Source: Raillietiella orientalis | Taxonomy: Eukaryota | NCBI GenBank assembly: GCA_036172245.1 | Contig: JAYWIR010000014.1 | Location: 3,968,001 to 4,032,000, forward strand | Direction of reading: 5' to 3' | Length of the DNA stretch: 64,000 nt | In this document: positions 52,201-64,000 of the stretch, piece by piece | How positions within the stretch are numbered: the stretch's first letter is position 1 | How the letters are laid out: every line of letters begins with the position of its first letter | Notes under the pieces: generated by a model | What the model was told of the DNA's origin: nothing | Database searches by the model: none | What the model saw: the letters and a program-made list of their open reading frames with translations, nothing else | Program-made: the position numbers and the translations under genes

Positions 52201-55200
52201 GAGCACTAAAGTGCGATCATCTGGCTACTCTGAAAGCATGGAAATCTCGTAAATGACATGTGCGTACTTCCTGTTAAAGGTGCACGAATAAATAAGTATA
52301 TGTGATTGATTTTAATTAATCAAGAAATCCAAATGATTCAGTAAATGAGATGTTCCCATAGAAATGGTAAAAATGAGAAATTTTTGACAAACTGGCAGAA
52401 TCAAATGCGCAACCCAGAAAGAGATTGTTTACTTCAGGGATTGAATGCCAAGAAACGACAGCATAAGACTGGTCAAGGCCAGATGTGCAATCCAACACAG
52501 AGAGTTTGACCTGAAGGTTGAGTTTCGTCGATTCCACTCGAAACGCACACTTTGACAGATAGAAGATACAACTCATGCTACTTAAAGTGGGCCGTGTTAG
52601 AGAAGAGATGGGTCATTTGTAAAAGAAAAATAAATGGACTTTCAGAGCAATCAAATTAAAGCTTCCATCCTACGCACCCTAGCAACAGAAAATGTTAACT
52701 AAATGAAAGGCACTACCAGCACTGATCTTGAAGCTTGATGCATTGGGTGCAGAGTAAATAAAGCTGAATTAATATAAGAAAACTCGATAACACAGATTAA
52801 CAGCCAACTTAAGGATGTAATTTTAGATCAAAAGTCGTCTAAAACTACTTGGTATTAAAGCAAGCAGAATAATGAATCCTAAATTGTAAGTATGAAAAAG
52901 TAAAGAACCAAGAGGGAATAAGACCAGAAGTTCTTAAAAGTAACTGGAAAGTTCCGCATTCAAACAGAGCATTCTTTTTGTTTGTTTTTTTAAAAAAAAG
53001 GAAGGAAGTCTTTAGAATATTACTGATACATAATAGAAAATCGGGCAAGAAAAAAATTTATGCAATTTTCGAGCTGGGATTTTATTCAATTTTTATTTTT
53101 TTAAATTGCAAAATTTAGAAACATGAAAATGCCTCATGTATAAGAATTTGTCTCCTGTATAAGGATGCTGTTGACAGCTAGTAAGAGCATACAAATCGGA
53201 AATGATTGCCTCATTCGTTCGTTTCCCTAAATATTTCTGTTATAAAAAATGCGTAGAGAAATTTTCAAGCACAAGATTTCTTAGGAATGGTAGAGGATGC
53301 AAGAATAATATGTAAGAGTTCTTGGAGAAGTGTTAACTCTCGATTATACTACAGTAGCCATGTTGAAACTGGCTCGTGCCTGAATTCTATAATCATTTGG
53401 GAGGAAAAAGAATTTTCTTTATCGTAGTAGTTACATACCTTTTGTCATCAGTGTCGAAAAGTTTATGAAGAAAAATCGATGCAGAACTTGCAGACACCTG
53501 CATTGATCTGTTTATGATCTCTTATGTAGTTGAAGTTGTGTTTGTTCATTCTCTAAGAAATTTGCATAACAATGAAATCGTAATCAATGATGCATATTTA
53601 TCATCAACAACTCTTGTGCGAATGCTCTTATATCAGCAAAAATCTCACGTCTTCCTTGTACAAGTTTCGCTAAGAATTTGCCTTTCCCAACCGGAAGTTT
53701 GTCCGATCCATATTCTTTACATTAGAAGAGTTCGTATCTATTTTCAATCCAAAGTCACGCGATTTCATTTTCATTAAGAACAACTTCTTATTGACTTGTT
53801 GTTTACCTTCACAACAGCAGTTGCCTGAGTGCAACAAGCTTTTCCTTTAAGCAATGGAAACTGAATCGGAATGTTGGAATTCATTCTTTCAGTGATTCCC
53901 ACTCACTTCAATGAACATAATCTTCACAAATCTTTCAAGTCCGAGTGAATCATTTAAGGTTTGAGATGAAGCCCTCGTGTGAGAAGTTACGAAATCATAG
54001 AGATGCCTCCTGGATTGCTATCACGATGTTGTTTAAACTCGCGATGAAATCACAGGGTTCTAATGGTTCTTTGTGATCAGAATTTACCAAGGAAGAACGA
54101 TAATACAAATCGGAGATACCATTTTCCAGCAAGTAATCTTTCTGTGGCGATATTTAGCTTTGCATGATAGGATTGCATGTTTGCTCCTCCGTTTGCCGTC
54201 CCGGGTAATGGTGATCGTTCTGTTCCATAGATTTGTTTAATTGCATGATACATGCTTCCTGAGATGCATCAGTGGTATACGAACAGATACATAAGAGAAT
54301 AGAATGCGTCGCTTCGTGCTAGGTTTGTATATTGATCATATTCCAAACACAATTTCATGGGTTAGCTAGAAAGTTTCTTCTTTCGATTAGGTTATTACCA
54401 AGAAAATGGTTACAGGGCAGTGATTGTGTGACAGAAAAGTTCTGCAGTCAGATTTATGATAAGGGAATTTCGGATAAGGACATGATAAATCTAACGACAG
54501 TATTCGAATTTGCGAGATGGTTACTGGACATAAAAGTTGCTATTCTGCAAAATATTCTTGCCAGGGATTCTTCGCATTTAAGTCCCTCGGAAAGTTAGGA
54601 TGGTCAGAATGTGTTAAAGGATAGAAGTCAATGCATAGTCTGCATGTAGTCTTTCTGAAGATGGAGGACACGTGAAATGTTGTAAACATATTTAAGTGAT
54701 GGCTCAATTTAAGCAAGTCGTGCATTTTCCGAGGACACAATGAATCCGTGACCATTTCTATTCCGAAATTTCCGTAACAGTTCAGATCTAAAGCAGATCT
54801 TGAGATATTTTTATTACTTTTCGGCTTGTTCCTTTTCTGTACTCGAGTTATTTTCCCCGAACTTCTCTGGAAAATCCGTTTTCATCAGCTTTTTTTATAT
54901 TTTGATGTTATGATTAGAGTACCACAAACTAAGTCCGGCAGAAATGCAGATTTCTAAAGTTTCTCAAACAACCTTGGTGCCTGATTATGATTATTACTGG
55001 AGTCAGCTATTCCAGGAGTGGGGTGTTGAAATTATGGATGGCATTTCGCATTTTAGAACAAACAAGCATTTTTTAGAACATCAGTCAGTATTTTTATTGC
55101 ATGATCACTAGGGTGATCGAAAAATTCACAAGTTTGAAATTGTATTGAGGCAGTAAAAGAATAATGACAACACCGTGTACTGGTTTGGTCCAGAACCACT

Positions 55201-58200
55201 TTTGCGACCTTCGAAAATTCTATTGCGAGGTAAAATTATAATAAATTCATTTTATGCAAAAGCAAGCTATTCGGTTGTTTGAGCCTTGTGAGAACGGTTT
55301 TCAACGCCTTAGATGCAAAAGATACAAATTACTCTACCACTGTTCTCAGCTGATTGACATTTGATTACTCCACTGAGTCCGCGAAAAGTTCTTCGAATCG
55401 ATAATATAGCCGTTGCTTATATAATTCCTGGACATGAGCTTTTTAGATTGATGGCGGACTGGGAAATCTTCAGCTTAATGATGCAAATTAGAGGGATCTA
55501 GCCATCGTTTGTTTCTTTTCCCTTCCCAATTACGATAATTTTCTAGTCCATGGCATGGAGCACAGCGATTGCCTTTCCGGATGCGTGTAACTGGTCAGCT
55601 TGGCAGATATATGAATCTGTGAAGTGATCGCAAAACAGGCGTGCGAACTTTTCCAGATAGTTTTTTATATTCATTTAACCATTTTATTTTCTGGTACCAC
55701 GCCTAGTAATTCAGGCAAGAATGGATCCAGTTGAATTGACCAATAGCCATTTTTTTCCCCATTAGGTTGGACTCTGGCAGGGAAAAACGATCGTTGGTTC
55801 TTATTACTGGAATTGTTCTCATCCTGAATTAATAAAGTCGTATTTAGAGGAGCGATCGGAAGGAAGCACATTTTTTATATGCCTATTTTGCTATGTTCTG
55901 TCTCTAAGTATTAAACAAAATTCTGATTAAAGAAAAAAAAAAAAAAATGGCTCTGTTAACAAAAGGACCCTGAAATTTTTTCCAAATACAATGCTGAGAG
56001 CAATTCTCTGTAATTGTGAGCGAAAAGTCGAAATACATTCGTATCTGGTTTTGTTTCGGAATCATTGCTGTCGTTATATGTTTGTTCCTGAGACAGCTCG
56101 ATTTTGAAGGAAGAATTGAGAAATCGAAACGGCCTTCAGTCACTTAAGAATCCACATCAGCATCGAATGATTTGGAGAGTGCCTAAGCGCATATGAAAAA
56201 TTAAATGCTGTGTTGGAATTTATGAAAAATTTCAGCGGTGCATGTGGAAATACAATCGTTGAGAGTAGATCAGAGTTGTAGTAAATTCTGAAAGTTCTGG
56301 AAATAACGAGTTTGTAAGGCCTTCTTACTCGTGAGGAACGCTATGAATAACGAGAACATTAAAAGCAGAATAGCAAGCAAGAGTCGCCATGAAACATTTC
56401 CACAGTCAAGAAATAATTGTCATTCAAGCAATGTTTTATTTTCACGAGGGTGGCAAGCAAAGGAATGGATCCACAAAACCTTGGTCATCCTGATGGAAGG
56501 TTTAATGAAAGCAGAATTATATTTCTGTAGAAGATGAGAAACAAACGAGCAAACAAAGAACCAGGGCACTGACAAAGAACATTTTTACTTTCGAATTCCT
56601 CACATCATGTCTTTAAACTGATGTCTGTAAATTCAAGCTAGCATGCCGTAATCAACAGCACTCAATCACCTAGTTTCCCTATGACAGCAAGAGTATGCGA
56701 TCTGAGCTCATACTGAAACTTGCGTCTATCAAATTCCATAATTAAAAAGTCACATTTAAAGTACAGAACTCACACGGCTACTTGTCAAAGGTGCATGGCA
56801 ATGAGTTTAGCGTTCCCAGATCATCTTGATAAGTCAGTGGATAATTAGGAGATATGACAGGTCGCTGCTCGTTAGATGTCAGAGCTAATTCGCATCATAT
56901 GTTCCGTGAATAAGAATCGACATAAACTGATTGTATTTACTCCTTCCACAACAAGCTCCGAAGCTGCTCCCACCCTTCCCCTCCTTTCCATTTCACACGC
57001 ACCAGAATCACCAGACGAAAAATTTGAATTGCACAGAGATCACATAAGCGAGTTTCCGTTAACACAAATCCTCATAAAGTGTGTTTTCAAACCAAATTTC
57101 TTCGTTATGATGTTTCACCATCATTTTCGGGATCCGAAAGCTATGATTAAGACTGCTGGTGGTGGTGCGACACCTCAACATAGCAGGAGTTTCGCCTGGC
57201 AGCCTTAACGGAAGAAGCGCAGGTCCGGTCGTTCTCTGAGTGGCTGGAATCGGACATGCACTCACCGTGTCTCCTGCAGAAGGCGTCTAGCCGAATCGCG
57301 TTTCCTCAGCAGGGTCAAGACCGTCGAGAAAATGTGACCGAGACCGACGATTCAACGTGGTGGTCATAGCTTACTGTTGCATGTGGATCTCGCAGATCTC
57401 CCAAGTCGTTCTTTCTTTCGCCTTGCGATCATTTGCTTTCAACTTCTTCCGTGGATGAAACCTGACTCGTCCCTCAGAAATTGCTGAACGTTGCTTAACT
57501 GTGAATCGAGGGAGAATGCGAAACGAAGGGGAAGCCTCCTTGAAAAAGAGACGCCCAGGTTCGAAGCCTATAGTGTGCATTCCTGCTGTTGCCAACTGCC
57601 ACACTTAAGGTTGGTCGAATGAGTGAACTGGCGTAGAAAAAGCAGGAATAATTTTTCATGTTCGGACACATACCCGATTCCTAGAGATGATGAACTACCT
57701 CTATGCCCCGTACCCCTTTGGCGGAAATGGAAAGCAAATGCGTAGTGAGACTGAATGCGATGTACGCGATGAGAATGGAAAGTTTTTGACTTCTCAGAGA
57801 ATCATCGTTTAAATTTCATGGAGACTCGCGGTACTGTAATGACTTCGAAAATCCATGATATCCCAAGTGGAAGGGAATGGGTGCGCCATAGAGGATATGG
57901 GGCAATAGAAAACTCACTATGGAGAAGAAACAAATCATAATTTACGAATTGGGAATTCATGAATCTGTCCGTCTGGTTGATGTTTTCACGAGAGGTGGAT
58001 TCTGCGTACAACTAATTTAGCAATCTCAGTATAATTCTCCCAGCTACCTGGGGTTGCAGCACGCAGTAAATCTAATTTCGATTTCAGAGATCGCTTCCCT
58101 TATTATCGAAAGGCTGACGCGAGGTGGAAGAATTCCGTGCGGCATAATCTGTCCATTAATCCGCAGTTTAAGAAGGGTGGAAAAGCATCCAACGGTGGTG

Positions 58201-58856
58201 GTCACTTGTGGACGCTAGCATCGGGAACCGAGGAAAGGAGGAATCGCAGGAACGGTGGCGGTGTGAAAGCAGGGTGCGAAGACGATTCTCCTGAGGTAAG
58301 CACCGGTGGGAGCATCTCAAAGAGAGGCGCCATCGTCTTAACACAAATTCCTTCACGTTATCAGGCTCAACTCATTCGGAAAATCGTGAGGGCAGAGAAG
58401 GAACGGGCTCGTCAGGAAGAGAATTCGCAGGCGTTACCTTACGGGGACAAGCCCCCTCTGATGGCAGAAGCTCGCGAGAGCAAAAGTTTGGAAAAATCTG
58501 CTGAAGAAATCCTGCTGGGAGTAGTTCATGAAAAAGTGCAAGTGCAGTTCTTGTCCGGCTCAGAAATATCCCAGCCAGGTAGAGAGGATGAGGGACGCGC
58601 TTTGCCTACTCGCAGTGAATTTCTGTATCCAGAATACGTTGGGCACATTAGCCAGCAGGAAGTTGAACTCGAAGCAGACTTCTCTTCTCCCTTTTTCCCT
58701 AACTCTGACCTTATGACTCTGGAACCACAGTTGTACTACGAGTGTACCGGTAGCGGCTCGTACGTCGTCCCGCCACCGGAGAGCGTTGTGTTCGAAGCTG
58801 CATACTACCCTCCACCTGATGTGACTTGCTCTTTTCAGCCTTTGCTGTCTTGTTAG
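45580..58856 (+). CDS. Forkhead-box transcription factor, FoxJ-like (resembles the arthropod CG32006/fd3F-type group)
   Basis: Exons 45580-46226 (probable in-frame 57-nt intron 45968-46024), 58088-58295 and 58365-58856. The phase-2 join GT|GTAAGT..ttcag|A reconstitutes KPPFTYTKLIAEALRENNEMTVADIYQWIVDRFPYYRKADARWKNSVRHNLSINPQFKK..GHLW. There is an N-terminal NLMWLVNF motif like the FoxJ/N LxWL box and an acidic C-terminus. The CDS may begin upstream of 45580. Subfamily call is from memory. Confidence 0.9.
58088..58856 (+). CDS. Forkhead gene 3' exons incl. recognition helix WKNSVRHNLS
   Basis: Acceptor atttcag at 58087; DRFPYY..WKNSVRHNLSINPQF; in-frame 69-nt intron 58296-58364; stop TAG 58854-58856. 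Confidence 0.92.
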
Positions 58857-58906
58857 CCTGTGTTTTCACCGTTATCAAATGATTGTTTTTGTTGCACATC
58901 CTACTA

Positions 58907-58920
58907 TTTATTGTAATAAA
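58907..58920. terminator. Back-to-back poly(A) signals TTTATT-GT-AATAAA
   Basis: Plus-strand AATAAA 58915-58920, ~60 nt after the forkhead stop; minus-strand AATAAA 58912-58907. Confidence 0.5.
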
Positions 58921-61900
58921 TATCCACAAATTGTTGTCTCCTTTCTGTGGATGCCGATGAGTCACAGGACTCATCATTGGTCACTTTTTTTTATGTATAA
59001 TACAAACCAGTCCCAAAGTAAACTTGTTGTTTGCTTCACTTAATCGCCAAAAGCCCCAAAACGAAGCCACTCTTTGGCACTCTTCAGCAAACTTCTCGGA
59101 AGAAAAGCAGATCAATGTCCAGTGAAATCTTGAGGAAATCCCTGTTCTTTGACAGGTCTCAGTGTCATCCAGGACCAGAGTAATTCTGCTATCAACGGCC
59201 GAAACGCAAACAACGCCGGAGGGCACACGAGCCTCCGGAGCGTCTCCTAGAGCACGGCGATGACTCGGATGTTTGGCTGCAAAAGCATTCCCTTAGGCTG
59301 CCAGCAGATGCACATTTGTCCGCAAAGTGTTTTTTGTTGTTTGCAAAAGCGCGTGCAGAATGCTACGTGAGTGCTGCTGCTGCGTGGCACAGTTCTCGCT
59401 GGCAGTCACGAAGGGCATTTCGTCTCTGCTCCCTACGAGTGAGTGGTCATCAAACAGCCTTCGTACGAAGCGGCTCCGGAGTCTGAAGCGAGGAGGGTAC
59501 ACTCGGGCCTGCTTTACTCAAGCGAAATGCCTGGCACTGGCCGAGCGTTGCATGCAGCATAATTGCCCATCTCATGTAACGCGTGGTCACGTGTGTGCAA
59601 TCGCCGTGCTGAGCTTCGCCGGTGGGATGGTGCAGCTTCGCTCCCACTAGGACCCCGTGAATCGATACTTTTGCCTTCGCACAGATACGCGATTCCCCCT
59701 TTGCAATCTCCTATTCCTCGATGGTTTCGTCGCTTTTGCGTTCTCCATGATCTCTTTCGCCTCGCATTTCTCGACTGCTGGTGGCACGACACAAGTGCTG
59801 AGCTTTTCCTATGACTCTTCTGGATTCCCTTCAGCATTCGAAAACTATCCGATTAATTTATCTTGATATTCATTCGATCGCCATACTGTAGATTTCTAGA
59901 AAATCTCCTGATTTTCAGTTGGTATCTCGCACCAATGTCTTCTTCATGACGTTTCTTCTTGCTACTCTTTCAAGCAAGAGATGTTGAAGGCCTCACTGCT
60001 TGGCGTTTCCACATAAACTTGAGGTTTAGTAAGTTCTCCTCCATCTTCTATGCAAAAGTTTGTTTCAAAAGGTTTTCTGGTTTTGATTTCTTGGCTCCAA
60101 AGCATCCCGAACCATAGCAGAGTCGAATTTCCGAAAGACACACATGATTAAAGGTGCATGCTGAGGAAGAAAAAAATAAAAAATAAAAATCCTTTCGCAT
60201 CTCCAGTCTTTTCCGGAATAGAATACTTTGACAGGTCGGGACAGCTGATTCTCAAGAAGGAAACTTCTCATCTTGCGCTACATTCGGAAACTCTTTGCGT
60301 GGAAAACTGTCAGCAGCTTGCTTCGGGCGTTGTTGAATTTCCTTATTCTTCACACCCAGTATCCCACCGTTTTCCATTCCACGACCCAACCTTTCCGTCA
60401 TTTTGCCGCCTTATTCTGGAGCCATTCACATGTCGTGTTTTGTTCTTCCCATCTGCCAGTCCTTGCTGATCTTCAAGGCTCAGTAGGTACCTCTAATTAA
60501 TGGAAACGATCGTTGCGGCAGTGGGCTGCATTTGAAAAGCTACCTGAAGCGAGATGCTGTTCTATTGAGCGGGTGCATCTTGTCCTCCCTCTTCTCAGCG
60601 AGTCCGGTTGTTTCTTGAACTCCAACGCATTTCTTTCCCAAATGTATTTTAATTTTGAGGAATTACGCACTCCTACTCTGAGTTCTTGGCCACTTTGTTT
60701 GGAAGTTCAACCCTTGTGTGGTGCCACCAAGCTTTTCATTTCTCCAAACAGCAAGCGCTCCTTTCCTCGGAATCCAGTTGTCCTCGGATTCCTCAACACA
60801 GGTGCAGAGGAAACTGTAAGGAGATTCGGTCGCATTCCTGCGCACAGCACGAATTCTAGGATGCGGCCCGTGATCCTGGGAGATGAACGGAAGAAGGCGT
60901 CCCAAAGGTGGGGCTATAGTGTAAAGTTTTGCTCAGATTATTGTTCCTTGGGAGATTTTTCGGCCCCTGGGTGTCTTTAATTGGACTTTCGCTGTATAAT
61001 GCTCGCCAAGGCAGGCTTCTCGAATTTTTCTCCTTTTGAAGGATGCACTGGTCGGATCGATGTTGACAAAAGGGGGCAGCTTTGACCAAAACACAAACCA
61101 AGTTCTTTCTCTTTGTGAGGTTTCGCACGCTGATGCGGAATGCTCACTTATACCTGACTTTTTCCCTTGCTCCTTCCATGATTCAGATGAGTTATCCCTC
61201 GCAGCCATGCCTCAGAATGGTGGATCTTCATTTCTGTGACGGATGCGCGTGAAGAACCAAAGGAGAAGTGGCCATAAACCGGACATTCGATGTAAAAACC
61301 AATAAAAGTTGCTGCCATTCAAAAAGTGCGCTGCTTTGTCAAGATGAGGCAGCGAAATGGCAGCAACCAACACAGAACATGGATGGAAACCACGGTTCGG
61401 ACGGCAGCCTGGCAACCTGCACAAGTTTGCCATCAGTAGCAATCGCTGTGCATCGGAACACCCCACAAACTGCAGAATTATCGTCACTTACGCAGCCAAT
61501 CAATTAGTGACTTGAAGCAAAAGGTGTATGAAAGGAAAGAAAAAAAAAATGCATGATTAATTATAAATTTTGTGGTCACTTTTATTCTCATCATTAGAGA
61601 TTTGGAAAGAAGATACTGGTCTCAGTTGAGCTTCGGGTTAGTAAGAGCCCAAACGTAAATGTTATTACTAAAGGCTAAGAGAAATCATCATTTTGAAAGT
61701 GACTTCAATCAAGAGAGGAGATGATGACAGACCAGAACCGAAAGAGGTTCATCAGCCATGGCATATTCAGCATGTTTTGCAGGCGCAACCAGTAAAGACT
61801 TCTTCAGAGCGCACTTCCCAGCAGAAAGATGAACGCATCGCACCCGAACAAAGGAGAACAGCGGTAAAACTGCAGTTGGGAAGCTGCGACAAACGCCGAA

Positions 61901-62345
61901 GTGGTTGTAACCTCCGAAGCGGTTTCCCTTCCGTTTTATTCTGATTTCTGCTTCTTTCTGCGTGGTCAATCCTCCGCGTATCAGGAGCAGGCTCTGAGCG
62001 AACGCAACTGCCACTCGTTTCAAAGAAACCACCGGAAAGAGATGAATCTCCTCGACGGGTGAAACTCGAGCGAAATCGCAGCGTCTGTTTAGGAATCTTT
62101 CAGGGACTCTTGGGCCCACGTGGATGCAAGCCTTTGCCAACGCCATCGGGCACTGCCAGGAGTCGAGGGGATTCATGATATTGCGAAAATGAGACTTTCA
62201 GCGGCTGTGCTTATAACTGGCCGTTCAGCGAATCATCCTCGACTTCCTGCGCAGTATTTCATCACGAATACTCCACACCTCCTCTTAACCACTCAAAGAT
62301 AACGGAAGTTGCAGTTCTTGCATTCCTTTGCGGACAATCAGTCAC

Positions 62346-63344
62346 CGCGGAAAGACTCCCATTGCGAGGTCTCTTTGGCACCTGTGCCGAAGGTTCCGAA
62401 GGCAGCACCTTCGGCGCAGCCTTCCGTAAACGCAAGGATGAGCTCGGAGATGAGGCTTCGAAGAATCGGCAGGAACAGCACTGCATTCCTTTCAGCTGGC
62501 TTGGCTGCAGCTGAAATTCCTCAAAAGAGTGGACTCGTTCTCCCGGTGCGTGTTGCGGTGGAAACGTAAATCCGCCACGACCGTGAGGCGCGGTGGTTCA
62601 GTGACCGCCACCTCATCTCACGGAAACCACGTGCTTTCCGTGCTTCCATGCCGTCCCATTCCCGCCCCTTCGGGTAAGGATGCCCAGGGATTCCGCATCC
62701 CTCAACCGGGGTTTCCTCCTCTCGTTGCCGTCCCTGTGTATGCGCGTTCGCGTGGCAAAAATGCACCCTGCGCGCGAGTGTGGCGCGCGCGCGTTTTCCA
62801 TAGCACCCGTTCCTCGAAGGAACGCGCTTTCATCGACGGGAGAGCACTGGGCCAGTGGCGTGGACCGGACGCCAAGCTCTTCGCTCCCCGACGAGTGGAG
62901 TGTGGTAGGCGATCTTCTTTCCGGGGATATGGAAATCCCGGAGGGGAAGGAACGGAGCTGCCTCGTAAGAGAGGACCTGCCCTCCGAGAGATGCGAGAAC
63001 TCACGGTGCGATCCAGATGATCCTGGATGCTGCTTTCCTCGAGACAGAGGGTTGCCGGTCGACGGCTTTGGTTTCTCCGGTTCCCGCTCTTTCCTCAGGA
63101 CTCCTTCATCGTCCCGACCTATCCCTTCCTCGGATGGACCTATCCTGTCCATCCGAGACACGCCTTCATCTTCCAGGGTGGATTCTGACTCCCTTCCCGA
63201 TCCTGCTGCCAGCATTTCGGGGGATGTCGCTGCCGCCCTTCGAGCAGTTGCCATTTGTGTCCTCCTCTGCCCCTCTCCCCCATCCTGCCAGCCGAAAGCG
63301 GATGAGCACTCTCGGTGCTCAAGCGGCTTCTCCTCCTCCTCCTG
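62346..63344 (-). CDS. Putative exons of an uncharacterised, partial minus-strand gene (low-complexity S/E/R/P-rich protein)
   Basis: Candidate exon 63344-62807 (acceptor tttgccttcag, QEEEEKPLEH..SPERRSP..) and phase-compatible exon 62510-62346 (AAAKPAERNAVLFLPILRSLISELILAF..); no recognised domain. Confidence 0.4.
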
Positions 63345-64000
63345 CTGAAGGCAAACATCGAACACTACGATGGCGCTGTCCGACGGAGACGGAGCAAGCA
63401 GACATGTTTTTCCCACCTGCACAACATGGCGCCTGGCGAGGGACAGGCAGTGTGCCACTTGGACGGCGAAGCGCGCACGGCGCCAAGGGGGTACCGCCTT
63501 TTGCTGCTGTTCCGTGCGGAGGGAGCGGCAACGAGGGGGAGCGGAGATTCGCGACCAATCCGAAATCCCGGACGATCCCCAATTCGGGCGAGCCGAGAAA
63601 CGCGACTGCTCGCGGAGCGATCCCCGCTGATCTGCGGGAATGCTTCCCGGCTCTATTCCCAGCCACCGGTCGGCCCGCGTGAGGCTGAAACTCTGGGCGT
63701 TCTTCACGGCGCTCTGGACCAATGATGACGCCGCGAGAGCAGTTGCCGCGGGACCTCCGGAGAACCCTGAAGGGAGGAAGGAACGACGAAGCGTTCAGGG
63801 AACTCGGAATTCCCTCGGCACCTTGTAAAACGGGACCGCGTCAGGAAGTGGGGCTATGCGCTCGAACGAACAGCGCTCCCGGGATGTCCACTAAGAACAT
63901 CGAGCGGGTCGTTTTCCAGGACGTGGGAGTCCCGGAAATTCTCAGGAGGAACCGAAGAGGCGAGAGATAGAGGGCGGGGAAACCTCCTCTGGCTGCTTAC

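Noticed and set aside
60544..60815. Minus-strand frame interrupted by one TGA, as readthrough/selenocysteine
   Set aside because: No recognisable protein, no SECIS seen, and it is simply antisense to another shadow ORF

Overview
Eukaryotic genomic DNA, probably from an arthropod (inferred from gene content). It has many very short GT-AG introns (43-84 nt) and a sharp compositional split: GC/CpG-rich over ~1-23 kb and ~62-64 kb, AT-rich with poly(A)/(T) runs over ~33-58 kb. Three genes are well supported by manual splicing. (1) A complete 23-exon PDGF/VEGF-receptor-type tyrosine kinase (Pvr; 4356-22910, +, 1306 aa: signal peptide, 7 Ig domains, TM, split kinase). (2) A minus-strand lebercilin/LCA5-like ciliary coiled-coil gene (core exons 27563-30815) that the ORF track largely misses. 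(3) A FoxJ-like forkhead factor (~45.4-58.9 kb, +) whose DNA-binding domain is split by an 11.9-kb intron. A fourth, partial minus-strand gene probably lies at the right end. The most interesting signals are a cluster of RFX X-box motifs around the lebercilin-like gene, which sits next to a FoxJ-like regulator (a possible ciliary neighbourhood), back-to-back bidirectional poly(A) signals at both convergent gene ends, twin perfect palindromes built on (TA)n, a 190-bp inverted repeat upstream of Pvr, and a perfect 21-bp hairpin. No prokaryotic systems, CRISPR, tRNA/rRNA or intact transposase/RT ORFs were seen. Most ORFs in the supplied track are GC-rich shadow ORFs. Family assignments rest on recalled motifs, not database searches.
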